A DNA stretch of 64,000 nucleotides from Williopsis jadinii (taxonomy: Eukaryota). Both the position numbers and the translations under genes were made by a program. Location: contig AP024667.1 of assembly GCA_024346625.1 (NCBI GenBank), positions 1,178,001 to 1,242,000 on the forward strand. Reading direction: 5' to 3'. A model generated the notes under the pieces. That model had not been told where the DNA came from and made no database searches. It saw nothing but the letters and a program-made list of their open reading frames with translations. Positions 42,897 through 54,462 of this stretch are shown piece after piece (positions within the stretch are counted from its first letter, which is position 1; every line of letters begins with the position of its first letter).

Positions 42897-43922
42897 ATGT
42901 CTACTGTTCTCGTCACGGGTGCATCAGGTTTCCTCGCTCTCCACATCGTTGGACAACTCTTGCAAAAGGGGTATAAAGTTGTTGGCTCAGTGAGATCAGT
43001 TTCCAAAGCTGAAGAATTGGGGTTCGAGTTTTCTCAAAAATTAGGTCACAAGGCTGACAACCTGGTCTTCTCCATTGTTGAGGATATTGCTGTGTCAGAT
43101 GCATTCGATAAAACTTTCAAGTTGCACCCAGATATTAGCTACGTTCTTCATACAGCTTCTCCGTTCACATTGGGACAAACGGATTTTGAGAAGTCTTACT
43201 ATGATCCAGCTTTGAAAGGAACATTCGGTGTCTTGAATTCCATTAAACGGTATGGACCAAAAGTTTCCAAAGTTGTTGTGACGTCCTCTTTGGCAAGTCT
43301 CATGAACTTTGACAAGCTTACTGATCCGACATTTATCCATAATGAGACAGTTTGGAATCCATTGACAAAGGATAAAGTTCAAGATAGCGTTGCTGCCTAT
43401 ATCTTATCCAAAAAGCTTGCAGAGGAGGCTGCTTGGAACTTTGTCAGAGATAACGATGTCAATTTTTCGGTGACAACTATAACACCAGCGTACATCTTGG
43501 GCCCGCAGTACTTTGATAAAAATGCTGGAGCAAAGAAGTTAAACCAGTCCAATCAATTGATTACAAACATCCTGGACTGGAACCCTAACCAGCCTTTTGT
43601 CAACAACACACGCACAGGTTTATGCGTTGATGTTCGTGACGTAGCTGCGCTCCACATCATTCCATTGGAGAAGCCTGGGGTTGAAGGTCACCGTTTATTC
43701 CCAGCTTCTGGTTTATTCACCGATCAGGACATCCTGAACATCATCAACGAGAACTTCCCTCAATTGAGGCTTCCAACAGGTGAACCAGATGACACTGAGA
43801 ATCCGTTTGGTTACTCAAATGAGAAGACTGTGGAGCTGGTTGGAGGTTACGACTTCATCCCACTGAAGAAGCAAGTTGTTGATACCGTTCAACAAATCTT
43901 GGATGCCAGAGCTGCTAAGTGA
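42897..43922 (+). CDS. NADPH-dependent aldehyde/methylglyoxal reductase, Gre2/Ari1-like, copy 1
   Basis: VLVTGASGFLA Rossmann motif, VLHTASPF, VVVTSS, YILSKKLAEEAAW (YxxxK) and VDVRDVA. Confidence 0.92.
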   Translation: MSTVLVTGASGFLALHIVGQLLQKGYKVVGSVRSVSKAEELGFEFSQKLGHKADNLVFSIVEDIAVSDAFDKTFKLHPDISYVLHTASPFTLGQTDFEKSYYDPALKGTFGVLNSIKRYGPKVSKVVVTSSLASLMNFDKLTDPTFIHNETVWNPLTKDKVQDSVAAYILSKKLAEEAAWNFVRDNDVNFSVTTITPAYILGPQYFDKNAGAKKLNQSNQLITNILDWNPNQPFVNNTRTGLCVDVRDVAALHIIPLEKPGVEGHRLFPASGLFTDQDILNIINENFPQLRLPTGEPDDTENPFGYSNEKTVELVGGYDFIPLKKQVVDTVQQILDARAAK

Positions 43923-44286
43923 GCTACATATGATTCAATAGGTATCTTATGTATTATTCTTCCAATACAAATGACTGTTCCAAAGTTCTCTTGAAGATCA
44001 CAAATCAGTAAACAGACCATAGCAAACCTCAGCCACACCGTGAACATCACCTCACAATTTCCGTTAAAACCGGTTCTCCGCCATACATTGTGGCCCTACT
44101 ATATGGTACAATTTTTCTTAGCTCCGCTAGTTCCATCATTATAACCGTTAACTTCGAAGCACAAGCAACCTTCACTCTATGGAACAATAGGTATATATAC
44201 CCCTTGATGTGTTCCTTTTGGACATCCCTGAGGTATTCTGAAGATACCATCGATACACAGACAACTTCTCCATATAAAATATAACA

Positions 44287-45312
44287 ATGTCAACTGTTCT
44301 CGTCACCGGTGCTTCAGGATTTCTTGCCCTTCACGTTGTGGGCCAGCTCTTGGAAAAGGGCTATAAGGTCATTGGCTCTGTTAGATCTCAAGACAAGGCC
44401 AATAAACTTGGATCCGAATTCCATAAGAAGATTGGCTCCAAGGCTGATAACTTGTCATTCACAATTGTTGAAGATATAGGCGAAACAGGTGCATTTGATG
44501 AGACTTTCAAATTGCATCCCGAGATTGAATTTGTTCTTCACACTGCATCGCCATTCACCCTTGGATACACTGATTTTGAGAAGTCTTATTACATTCCGGC
44601 TGTTAACGGTACCCTTGGTATCTTGAATTCAATTCAGAAATACGGCTCAAAGGTTTCCAAAGTTGTTGTGACCTCGTCCATGGCAAGCATAATGAATTTT
44701 GATAAGCTTACCGACTCGTCCTTTATCCATGACGAAACCGTTTGGAACCCCATGACCAAAGAAGCAGCTCAGAACGATTTGTTTGCTTACTGTTTGTCCA
44801 AGAAGCTTGCTGAAGAGGCCGCATGGAATTTTGTGAAGGAGAATAATGTTAACTTTACATTAAACACTGTCACACCTCCTTACATCTTTGGTCCACAGTT
44901 CTTTGATCATGATGCAGCAGCAGAAAAGTTGAACCAATCTTGCCAAGTGATTGCCAATGCCTTGGATTGGAATCCTGACGAGGCTTTTGTCAACAACATA
45001 CGTACAGGAGCAGCTGTGGATGTCCGTGATGTTGCTGCTTTCCATCTCATCCCATTGGAGAAGCCTGGGGTTGAAGGTCACCGTCTATTCCCAGCTTCTG
45101 GTTTGTTTACCGAGCAGGATATCCTGAACATCATCAACGAGAACTTCCCTCAGTTGAAGCTTGCAAAAGGTAAACCAGATGACACTGAGAATCCGTTTCG
45201 CTACTCAAATGAGAAGACCGTGGAGCTGGTTGGAGGTTACAACTTCATTCCACTGAAGAAGCAAGTTGTTGATACCGTTCAACAAATCTTGGATGCCAGA
45301 GCTGCTAAGTAA
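44287..45312 (+). CDS. NADPH-dependent aldehyde/methylglyoxal reductase, Gre2/Ari1-like, copy 2
   Basis: Tandem paralog, also 341 aa, same motifs (YCLSKKLAEEAAW). Confidence 0.92.
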   Translation: MSTVLVTGASGFLALHVVGQLLEKGYKVIGSVRSQDKANKLGSEFHKKIGSKADNLSFTIVEDIGETGAFDETFKLHPEIEFVLHTASPFTLGYTDFEKSYYIPAVNGTLGILNSIQKYGSKVSKVVVTSSMASIMNFDKLTDSSFIHDETVWNPMTKEAAQNDLFAYCLSKKLAEEAAWNFVKENNVNFTLNTVTPPYIFGPQFFDHDAAAEKLNQSCQVIANALDWNPDEAFVNNIRTGAAVDVRDVAAFHLIPLEKPGVEGHRLFPASGLFTEQDILNIINENFPQLKLAKGKPDDTENPFRYSNEKTVELVGGYNFIPLKKQVVDTVQQILDARAAK

Positions 45313-48300
45313 ACTACAACAAAGATATATAAAACAATCTATAATTGAATTATGAGAAATATATAATAACCATCATATACAATGCCCATTCTAGAATTGC
45401 ACTGACTTTTTAAAACGCCTAATCTGTGACAAGGTCTTGTTTGCTAGAACAAATGTAAGCACTACCTGAGCTACAGTGCAGAGACTCTTCATGTCTAAAG
45501 AAAACACAACAAGCGGCTCGCAGCTTGCAAAACACTTCTTCATCAACTGGATTGAATCAAATGTCAACATCAACCCACATGCAATGGCCAGACATTGCAG
45601 GATAAGCCCAGCTTTCCGATATCCGTCTTCCTGGAGCAAAATTCTCACCTCTGAACGTGAAACAGTCATTTTTTTACACGTTTAATGTCAATACCCTATA
45701 CATAAGAGATCAATTCACCTGCTAAAGAAGCACAGCACTCTCAGAATAGCAAATAGGATCAGAATAGCAAACACGATAGAAGTACTAATTCTCCCCCAAG
45801 GAATTAACTGCATCACCAAGGAAGTCCGTACAATCCATGCGTTCCGCAGATTGGTTCGAGCACTATAATATTGCTTGGGTCTGAAGCACGTGAATATGAT
45901 ATATTTGTCTCCAAAGCAGTAGGATATACTTACGTTATAAACGAGTAAGATGTGGATTGTCGCTACTATCACATATGTCACACGTCTTAACACCAGGTTT
46001 ATTCTTTGGTGTATTGCTGCTCTATACAGACTTTGGCATGTGTAATGGGACATGTCTTATCCTATTATGAAAGTCATAATGGCACATAATGAATATGGGA
46101 TTTTAGATGAATCATATCGAATAGTTAAGAATTCAACTAGCTTGTTATTCTCATGCGACATGATTAAAAACGACTGAAGATCTGAGATTTCAAAAGAAGG
46201 ACCTTGGCGAAGCCCAGCTCATTCTCAAAGATGTAAATGCTGGATCGAGGTGGCTTGCTAACAGACCAATTCTAAAAGGAGACATGCTTGTTTATTCAAA
46301 AACTTCACCAATGAAGAGGCACAGTTGGTCCCGCAAACTGTACAATGTTGGATTTCCCGTTTCCTGTTTCAGCAAAAGCAGCAAAAATCCAAGTTACATG
46401 TTGGGGAGTTGGGGATTTGTAAAGGACAGGAAATTACTAAAGCTCAATGCATCACCAACCACCAGCATGGATGCCAAATCTCTGACACAATTGTACATCT
46501 ATAACTGTACATGTTGTTGAAGTTGTGTTTTAAGACCCAATTTTCATGTCTTTTCCTTACAGTGAAGCTGTACAAATTAATTGAACTGTAATATAGATCA
46601 AGCTGTAAATCTCTCAACTTCTTCCAGGCTCAAGGCATTCCGAGCTGCTGGTCTATTGCGGTATTTGTTGGTGTTTTGTTTTGTGGGTTTGTTCTCTCAG
46701 ATTAGTGGAAAGTGGCATCCGTACTTTGGGAAGATGATCAAACCTATAATATTAGTGCTAATATCAAGAGTATCGGACGTACTATCAATACTCCCACTTC
46801 CCCTTCTATGCTTTCTTCAAGGGAGACCATGATGATCAAAATCCAAAAATATCACAGGAACTGAATGTGATTTCAATAGGCGCAGTAGTACGACGACTTA
46901 ATGCTAACAGTTGTGTCACATCCTGTCCGAACATCTCACATGGCATCAAGGAATAAGAGAGATCTTTCACATGCACCTTTTGTTCCAGAGGATAAATTCA
47001 TATTCCTGTCATTGATATAAAGAAAGACCTCTTATGTTATTTCCAGCTTTAATCGCTGGTTCCTGCTGCATGCCATAACTTCGAATTATTGCGCATCGAC
47101 GCTGTCCGGACGGATCAGTCTGTCAACATTGATACTGCACACACGTAAATGTATTTCACTTGGTATACTCAAAATCACCAACAAACGGAGCGTACCAAGT
47201 GAGAAGATACGCTACATCAAATGTATCACTTCATCAGATTATTTAAACTCTAAGACAATTATAGAGCTCCCCATTGTACCTTGTAAACCTTTTATATGAG
47301 GTGGTCAAAGACGGTTTTGGGCGGACTTTTGCAGGATAAGTTTTATTAAAGTTATCATTTCAATATATACTCATGTTACTCATTAGTGGATTTGCGAGTA
47401 GTTAGTTTCAGTCAAAGTATTGGGATTGAGTGTCGTTATATAAAGGGCATAGAAGTGGGCAAATTGCTCCCCTTTCAAAGTAGGTCTTGAATGACACTGT
47501 GCGATCGACATGACTGGTAAGGAGCAAACACATTATGAATCTAAAAAAAGAGGATGTCCTCCTAAAGAGTGAAATCCAACCAGGATGGTATTTAGAGTCG
47601 AAACTATATACCACCGTTTCCTCATTTGCTTTTTGTTCCTTTTGTTTTGCAAACTGTCTTGCTTTTGCTATTCGAAACATATGTACAGGATATGTTTCCG
47701 CACTCTATTGACACCATTATGTGGCATCAACTATTGGTGTAATTAATGCTATGATCACTTTAGTGTCATCAGTTGTGAATGAAAGGAATTCTGCTGTCTT
47801 TGAACCTCTTCCATTGCTGATGGCTACATTTGTTTTCTACTCTTTTAGAAGTATGATCTAATCCCAGACAGAAGACATTAAGCGTTATTGATCTGGCAAT
47901 GTTTGCTATTCTATGGATTATCAAGGCGTGCTTTTGACTGTGTTGTTTATTACTTCAGATCTTTCTTCTCTTGATCAAAGCTCTCATATAAAACTTTTAT
48001 AAGGTTTCCATAGATTATAATCTCTTAGATCTCTGGGATATCACATAATCTGTTGGCGTAATGGATCATTGGTTCTGCGATCTTGGTATATTTTTGACCA
48101 TTCATTATTCCTTACCATAGTTGTATTTTATTGCTTAAATGATACACCTGAGAAGATCAACAGGAAAGAATAATGAGTGTGAACAAATGATGAGGCTTAA
48201 CGGAAACAAAACGTGGTGTTTTGAACTGTTTGAAAAAATTCCTGGTTAGACACCACTGGGGTTGTTGTAATCCACAGTCATCATGCGGTGTAAACTTGTT

Positions 48301-49449
48301 CTATTAACACATGTAAATTGTGTTGATTAACAATGGAAATATGTTAATATGGTTTGTCCATTGGTTCTGGATTTCGCTCTGATTCCATTCTCTATTCTTT
48401 ATGAGATATAGGTTTCTCGTTTCCCCATTACACAGTAGGAGTTGCTTAAAGATCGTATTGTTTTGGTCAGCAATGGCTTTATCGCGTATGACGAACTTCA
48501 TATGCTTCATAATTATTGACTACTTGTTCACAATCTTCTGTGTCAATAAATCTGTTAAACCTGAAACTACAATCGGTCAATCTTGCCACGTTTGTCTCCA
48601 TTGTATGGGGTCCATTATTCGGGTAGACTGCGGTTATTATGAAAGGGACAGAGATCTTCATCATTATTGAGTACTCTATGTAGATTAGGTCAAGTGGGCT
48701 TGTATATCACTTCAAAGAATTTTGCTATTATCATTATAATTGAGTATACTTTAATGAGTAATTGAATTTCAACTGGTAACACAGTGCTTGGAGCCATTTG
48801 GACACTCCAGTTACCTTATAGATTGATTAAAGACCTCAAGAAGGTAATGTTAGCTTACGAGTTGAAGAACCATACACCATCACAGCGATGTATTCTCCGG
48901 GAATACCAAATAGAGAGGCGCTGATTATCTCATCTTGTTAAATAAGGATACTGGCGACTACAGTTGTACTGCACATATGTTATTTGCCTTTGCCTTTATA
49001 GCAAGAGACTCCTAAACTTATCGATGATATTGATTACAGAGCAGGCTTGAGTACTGATGAAGAGATCTTTGCCATTGATAGCGACTTGGTCACCAGTGGA
49101 CTTGCAAAAGTTTCCTGGTGCTGACAATGACAGTGAAGATAGTCCAGAGATAACTCCAGAGACGATCTTAGCTCTCTCACTCGACAGGAATCCAGACGGG
49201 AAGTGTAATTGCAATGGGTCGTGATGAGAACTCACATTCAACTTCGCAAAAGTACATATCTTTTATCCACGCCATCCCATGTTTGTCACCAGTGAGCTCT
49301 GAAACTACACCAGACGCTAGCCATAACATCGAGAGAGATATTGACATCATAACTCATCTTCTCAATATCAAATAGAAGTATCTCCAAGCTACGTACATTA
49401 CTTCTTCCCAGTACTTATACAGAACCCCAAACCTACGATTTCAAGCAAA

Positions 49450-49521
49450 GCTCGCGTGGCGTAATGGCAACGCGTCTGACTTCTAATCAGAAGATTCTGG
49501 GTTCGACCCCCAGCGTGAGTG
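49450..49521 (+). tRNA. tRNA-Arg (anticodon UCU), intronless
   Basis: GCTCGCGTGGCGTAATGGCAACGCGTCTGACTTCTAATCAGAAGATTCTGGGTTCGACCCCCAGCGTGAGTG: 72 nt cloverleaf with A and B boxes, TCT anticodon and a downstream T-run. Nearly identical to yeast tR(UCU). Confidence 0.97.
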
Positions 49522-49586
49522 CTTTGTTTATTTTTTGCCACTCGGCTCAACACAGCCAATTCTGACTTTTTATCGCCGCAACCTAC

Positions 49587-49630
49587 ATCACGTGATCACA
49601 CACGATTATTTGCCATAACCAGCACGTGAC
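49587..49630. promoter_or_regulatory. Two CACGTG E-boxes (Cbf1/Tye7/Pho4 class) upstream of GLC3
   Basis: ATCACGTGAT at 49587-49596 and GCACGTGAC at 49622-49630, about 200 bp before the GLC3 ATG. Confidence 0.55.
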
Positions 49631-49805
49631 TATAATAAGTGCTTCTCCAACCAGAAATACCCCCATCCCGCTCCGTGACATGATGACAGGTATTAAATCT
49701 CGAGCTTTTGATAGCTATCCTTTTCGCCCCTTGTTTTAAGGCTGCTACTATTTAAAGCTCTAAAAAGTTTAATAAACAGAGAGCAAAGAGTCCAATTGAG
49801 CTGAC

Positions 49806-51863
49806 ATGAGTGAGAACAACGTCCCTGAATCAGTTGCCGGAGCCATCAGAGATGACCCTTGGTTAACACCCTTTGCCCATGAGCTTGCTAGAAGAAGACA
49901 TGCAGCAGATGAATGGTTGAAGACATTTGAGCAGAATGAGGGAGGTATTCTCTCCGTTGCGGACGGTTATAAGACGTATGGGTTCCACGAGGATGGTACT
50001 GGCGTTCATTATAAGGAATGGGCTCCGAACGCTACGCAGGCGTTCCTGGTTGGTGACTTCAACGACTGGCAGTTTGATAAGGAGATGCAGAAGGATGATT
50101 TCGGTAACTTCTCCATCACGCTTCCAAAGGGCTCTATTCCGCACGATTCCAGGGTGAAGATAGTGCTGACTCTTCCTTCAGGCGAAAGGGTTTACCGTCT
50201 CCCGGCGTGGATTACTAGGTGTACGCCTCCGCCTAAGGAGACCAAGTCGGTTTCGTACGAGGCTAGATTTTGGAACCCTGAGCACCCTTATAAGTTTGTA
50301 AACCAGCGCCCATATCCTTCCGAAAGCTTGAGAATCTATGAAGCTCATGTGGGTATCTCGACCCCTGAGCCACGTATCGGAACTTATAAGGAATTCACTC
50401 AAAACGTGCTTCCAAGGGTGAAGGACTTGGGCTATAACGCTATTCAGCTTATGGCCATCATGGAGCACGCTTACTATGCTTCATTCGGTTATCAAGTCAC
50501 CTCGTTCTTCGCTGCCTCCTCCAGATATGGAACTCCGGAAGATTTGAAAGAGCTCATCGATACTGCACACGGGTTAGGGATCGTCGTCTTGTTAGATGTG
50601 GTCCATTCCCATGCTTCCAAGAACGTTGATGATGGTCTGAACAACTTTGATGGTACTGAATGGCAATACTTCCACTCTGGAGGTAAAGGTGACCATCCAT
50701 TGTGGGACTCAAAACTGTTCAACTACGGCAAATATGAGGTTCTTAGGTTTTTGTTGTCAAACCTCAAGTTTTACCTCGACGTCTACAAGTTTGACGGGTT
50801 CAGATTTGATGGTGTGACTTCCATGCTCTACTTACACCACGGTGTTGGTGCTGGTGGTGCATTTTCGGGTGATTACAACGAATATCTCCATGAAAACTCT
50901 CCTGTTGATAAGGAGGCATTGACTTACCTCATGCTTGCGAACGATTTGATTACAAAAGTTGCAGAGAAAGAGGGCACCAAGTTTATATCAATTGCAGAGG
51001 ATGTTAGTGGTATGCCAACTTTGGGTGTTACACGTAAAGACGGTGGTGTTGGATTCGATTACAGATTGGCTATGGCTTTGCCAGATATGTGGATAAAACT
51101 TTTGAAGGAGAGTAAAGACGAAGATTGGGATTTGAACAAAATCGTCCATACCCTGACAAACCGTCGTTATGCTGAAAGAGCCATCGCGTACGCTGAATCC
51201 CATGACCAGGCCCTTGTTGGTGATAAGACTCTAGCATTTTGGCTTATGGATGCAGAGATGTATACAAATATGTCTGTTCTTTCTCCGTTGACACCAGTCA
51301 TTGATCGTGGGCTGGCATTGCACAAGATTATTAGATTGCTTACACACTCTTTAGGAGGTGAAGGTTATTTGAACTTTGAAGGTAACGAATTCGGCCACCC
51401 TGAGTGGCTGGATTTCCCAAACATCAACAACGGAGACTCGTATCACTACGCAAGACGTCAATTCAACTTGATTGAAGATGACCTACTGCGTTATAAATTC
51501 CTGTACAGATTTGACAGAGCAATGCAACATTTAGAGGCCAAGTATGGATGGTTACATAAGAAGGACCAGTACATCTCTCTGAAGAACGAATCAGACAAAG
51601 TGTTGGTCTACGAAAAGGGAGGCTTGTTGTTCATATATAACTTCCATCATTCAAACTCTTACACTGATTACAGATGTGGTGTTGAAGTCGCAGGAAAGTA
51701 CAAGATTGTCCTGAACTCTGACGACGAAGAGTTTGGAGGTCACGCAAGAGTTTCTCCTGATCAGGAGTTCTTTACCACTGATCTGGAATGGAACAACAGA
51801 AAAAATTTCATCCAAGTTTATATTCCTAACCGTACCGTTCTTGTCCTTGCACTTGCTGATTAG
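49806..51863 (+). CDS. GLC3: 1,4-alpha-glucan (glycogen) branching enzyme, GH13
   Basis: [69 protein letters not shown] and [14 protein letters not shown]. Confidence 0.97.
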   Translation: MSENNVPESVAGAIRDDPWLTPFAHELARRRHAADEWLKTFEQNEGGILSVADGYKTYGFHEDGTGVHYKEWAPNATQAFLVGDFNDWQFDKEMQKDDFGNFSITLPKGSIPHDSRVKIVLTLPSGERVYRLPAWITRCTPPPKETKSVSYEARFWNPEHPYKFVNQRPYPSESLRIYEAHVGISTPEPRIGTYKEFTQNVLPRVKDLGYNAIQLMAIMEHAYYASFGYQVTSFFAASSRYGTPEDLKELIDTAHGLGIVVLLDVVHSHASKNVDDGLNNFDGTEWQYFHSGGKGDHPLWDSKLFNYGKYEVLRFLLSNLKFYLDVYKFDGFRFDGVTSMLYLHHGVGAGGAFSGDYNEYLHENSPVDKEALTYLMLANDLITKVAEKEGTKFISIAEDVSGMPTLGVTRKDGGVGFDYRLAMALPDMWIKLLKESKDEDWDLNKIVHTLTNRRYAERAIAYAESHDQALVGDKTLAFWLMDAEMYTNMSVLSPLTPVIDRGLALHKIIRLLTHSLGGEGYLNFEGNEFGHPEWLDFPNINNGDSYHYARRQFNLIEDDLLRYKFLYRFDRAMQHLEAKYGWLHKKDQYISLKNESDKVLVYEKGGLLFIYNFHHSNSYTDYRCGVEVAGKYKIVLNSDDEEFGGHARVSPDQEFFTTDLEWNNRKNFIQVYIPNRTVLVLALAD

Positions 51864-51970
51864 CTGATGTTGACTACTATGAGATTCTTCCAAAACCAAA
51901 CATTACATATATGACTATTATTTAATACTGCAGAACTGCAATTATACGTTCAAAAAACACAAACCTTTAA

Positions 51971-53587
51971 TCATTTAGAGAAGGAATTATCCAACTTTGA
52001 AGATGTTGACTCCTGAACTTCAACCAACTCCATAGACTCAGCTTCAAAGTGCTCAATGTCTTCCTCAAGAACCTCGGAAGGACCCTTATAAGTCTTTCTA
52101 CCTTGGACGAACCAACATATCACGGAGTAAGCAATCACGATGAACATGATAACGACTGTGTAGTTCATGTTACCGGCGTCCACTGGAGAAACTGTTGGGA
52201 AGAACATTGTTATGGAGATGAACAACAACCATATAACAGAGATGGCATTAATAACAACTCCGAGCTTGCCTAAATTCCAAGGTCTTTTTGCTGGCATACG
52301 GCCTCTTCCACCTAATAACATCAGTGTAATTGGTATCAAATAAGCCAGCTCATGGCCAATGGTACAGATCGATAGAATTGTGTTAAACACAACGTCTGAC
52401 GATAAGTACAAGATGACAATGATACATTGAATAACCATGGAGAATAGCAGAGCAGGAATTGGAACGTTCCAACGATCAGACACCTTTGAGAAGTAGGTTG
52501 GGAATATGAAGGCTCCATCACGGGCAAATGAATAAATCGTTCTTGAGTTTGCCAGAGTCATGGTCTCTGCAGCAAACAGAGCAGCCAGCGCTGGTAATAT
52601 AATGATGAACACGGTAGCAGGTGTACTCTGTGTACAGTTATATACCAACTGAGTGAAAGCAGAGCCGGTAGAAGAATCAACAAGATCTGGAACGTCAGTC
52701 AACACTGCACAGACAACAATCACAAATACAAAGCCATAAAGAACACTTGCCACTATAGTCGTCATCAGTGCCTTTGGAATGATGTTAGAAGTGCTTGCAT
52801 TGGTCTCCTCTGCTAAGTGTGTAACACTGTCATAACCTGTAAAAGTGTAGGCACTTTGCAACAAACCTAGGATAAAGACGTAACCATGGGACGAAAACCC
52901 AGTCATGTTGTTATACTCGGTAAAGATGAACTTGGCATCGTTTCTCTTTGGAGCAGTAGCGAGTAGTGTGACCATTATACCCACAATTGCCACCACGTTA
53001 TAGACCAGTAGAACCATTGTCGAGCCTGAGTGGTACTTATTACCAAAGATGTTGGTGAGAGTAAAGAGGACGATAAACCCAATTGAAACCACAACGTACT
53101 GATAACGCTCCGGAACATAATCTCCGTGTTGCAGAGCAGCTGCTGATATGATCATAACAACACCTTGGAACGCAGCACTCGATGCAAATGCAATCTGTGC
53201 AAAGATGTTGAAGTAACCAGTAAACCACGACGATAGGATCTTGACTCTCTTGGAGCCACCTAGCTGGTATGACCAGGACAGGGGACCACCACTAACCGGG
53301 TAGACAGCTGCAATCTCAGCCATCGACAATGCCACAAGAATCGTAAAGATTGAAACGATTATGTAACCCCAAACCAGTGCCTGAGCACCACCAGTTGACA
53401 GCGGTGTTGTCAGCGTGTTCATAATTGCAGTAGGAGGTGTCAGTGTAATAATACCAAACGCTGCTAAGGACCAAATCGAAAATGATCTCTGCAGCTCTTG
53501 TTTATAGCCTAGTTTCTCCAGAACCATCTGGTCATTGTTGGCGTCAGTCAAGGATTCCCTATCCTCCAGTGTGTTTATGTCCTTCAT
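51971..53587 (-). CDS. APC-superfamily amino acid/amine permease (Hnm1/Uga4-like ACT family); substrate unknown
   Basis: LGYKQELQRSFS, MAEIAAVYPVSGG, GLLQSAYTFTGYDSVTHLAEET, SRTIYSFARDG and PTVSPVDAGNMNY; about 12 TM helices. Confidence 0.88.
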   Translation of the reverse strand: MKDINTLEDRESLTDANNDQMVLEKLGYKQELQRSFSIWSLAAFGIITLTPPTAIMNTLTTPLSTGGAQALVWGYIIVSIFTILVALSMAEIAAVYPVSGGPLSWSYQLGGSKRVKILSSWFTGYFNIFAQIAFASSAAFQGVVMIISAAALQHGDYVPERYQYVVVSIGFIVLFTLTNIFGNKYHSGSTMVLLVYNVVAIVGIMVTLLATAPKRNDAKFIFTEYNNMTGFSSHGYVFILGLLQSAYTFTGYDSVTHLAEETNASTSNIIPKALMTTIVASVLYGFVFVIVVCAVLTDVPDLVDSSTGSAFTQLVYNCTQSTPATVFIIILPALAALFAAETMTLANSRTIYSFARDGAFIFPTYFSKVSDRWNVPIPALLFSMVIQCIIVILYLSSDVVFNTILSICTIGHELAYLIPITLMLLGGRGRMPAKRPWNLGKLGVVINAISVIWLLFISITMFFPTVSPVDAGNMNYTVVIMFIVIAYSVICWFVQGRKTYKGPSEVLEEDIEHFEAESMELVEVQESTSSKLDNSFSK

Positions 53588-54067
53588 TGATGAGATGAGA
53601 TGAGATGAGATTGAAGCTCGACTTCAGAAGCAAAACAGCAAGGGATCAGCGCAGTTTATATAAGCTCCTCCCTTACAAACCTGCACCGGTGTATCAGCAC
53701 GATATTATCAACAGGAAACAAATGCCAAAGTCATCGATCGTTCGATTGTGAGCAGTAAACACCGTCTAAAACTTTTTCTTCCATACGGCGAACTGATGAC
53801 TCGGTGAAACTCCACGATAAGATGCCCGATTCAGTAACCAAATGCGCGGGATCTTGTCGGTTTATTTCCATGTGTTTGCCTGTTTGGAGCTCCTTTTATA
53901 TGCATAAATTCCGCTTTTTGGCGCAATCGTTATCAAATCGTCGAGATTTGAAGGGTCATCAGTCCATCTTTGTTCAATGGGGTGGTTAGATACTGCCGGA
54001 GTGTACTGAGACCTTTCTGTTGTAATATAGTGTCATGCTAATGGAGGGGATGGTGAAGGTGAGAAGT

Positions 54068-54139
54068 GGTGTGCGGGTTCACCCGCACATCCAATAACCC
54101 ACACACCTAATAATCCGCACATCCAATAACCCGTACACC
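54068..54139. promoter_or_regulatory. Cluster of five Rap1-like (ACCCRYACAY) sites: four at 16-bp spacing plus one inverted
   Basis: ACCCGCACAT (54081), ACCCACACAC (54097), ATCCGCACAT (54113), ACCCGTACAC (54129) and inverted GGTGTGCGGGT (54068-54078). Confidence 0.6.
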
Positions 54140-54462
54140 AAAAAGTAAAGTATGGTAGGCGCAACATATTTGTAAGCATCACCAAGCTCGAGAACTTCCT
54201 CTTCTGGTTCTTCCTCTTGCTTGCCCTGGCAACATTGGTTTTAATACTCTCGTCTAATCCAATTGACTCTCACACTGTCTAACCGCTGTTGGACTGTCTT
54301 TAGCGTGTGTGATACTGAAGGTGAAGGTTTCTTCCATTGCTTGCTGGAGAAGTGCTACTAAGAAACCTCTATACGGGATTATAGAGAGCGAAATTTGCCA
54401 CCTAGTTAGCGTTGTTATACTCAGGTTGTCACACACGGGTTTTTGGTGAAGTTTGCAACGAG

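Noticed and set aside
48300..49400. LTR or retrotransposon remnant upstream of tRNA-Arg
   Set aside because: No TG...CA bounded repeat, primer-binding site or gag/pol motif that I could identify.
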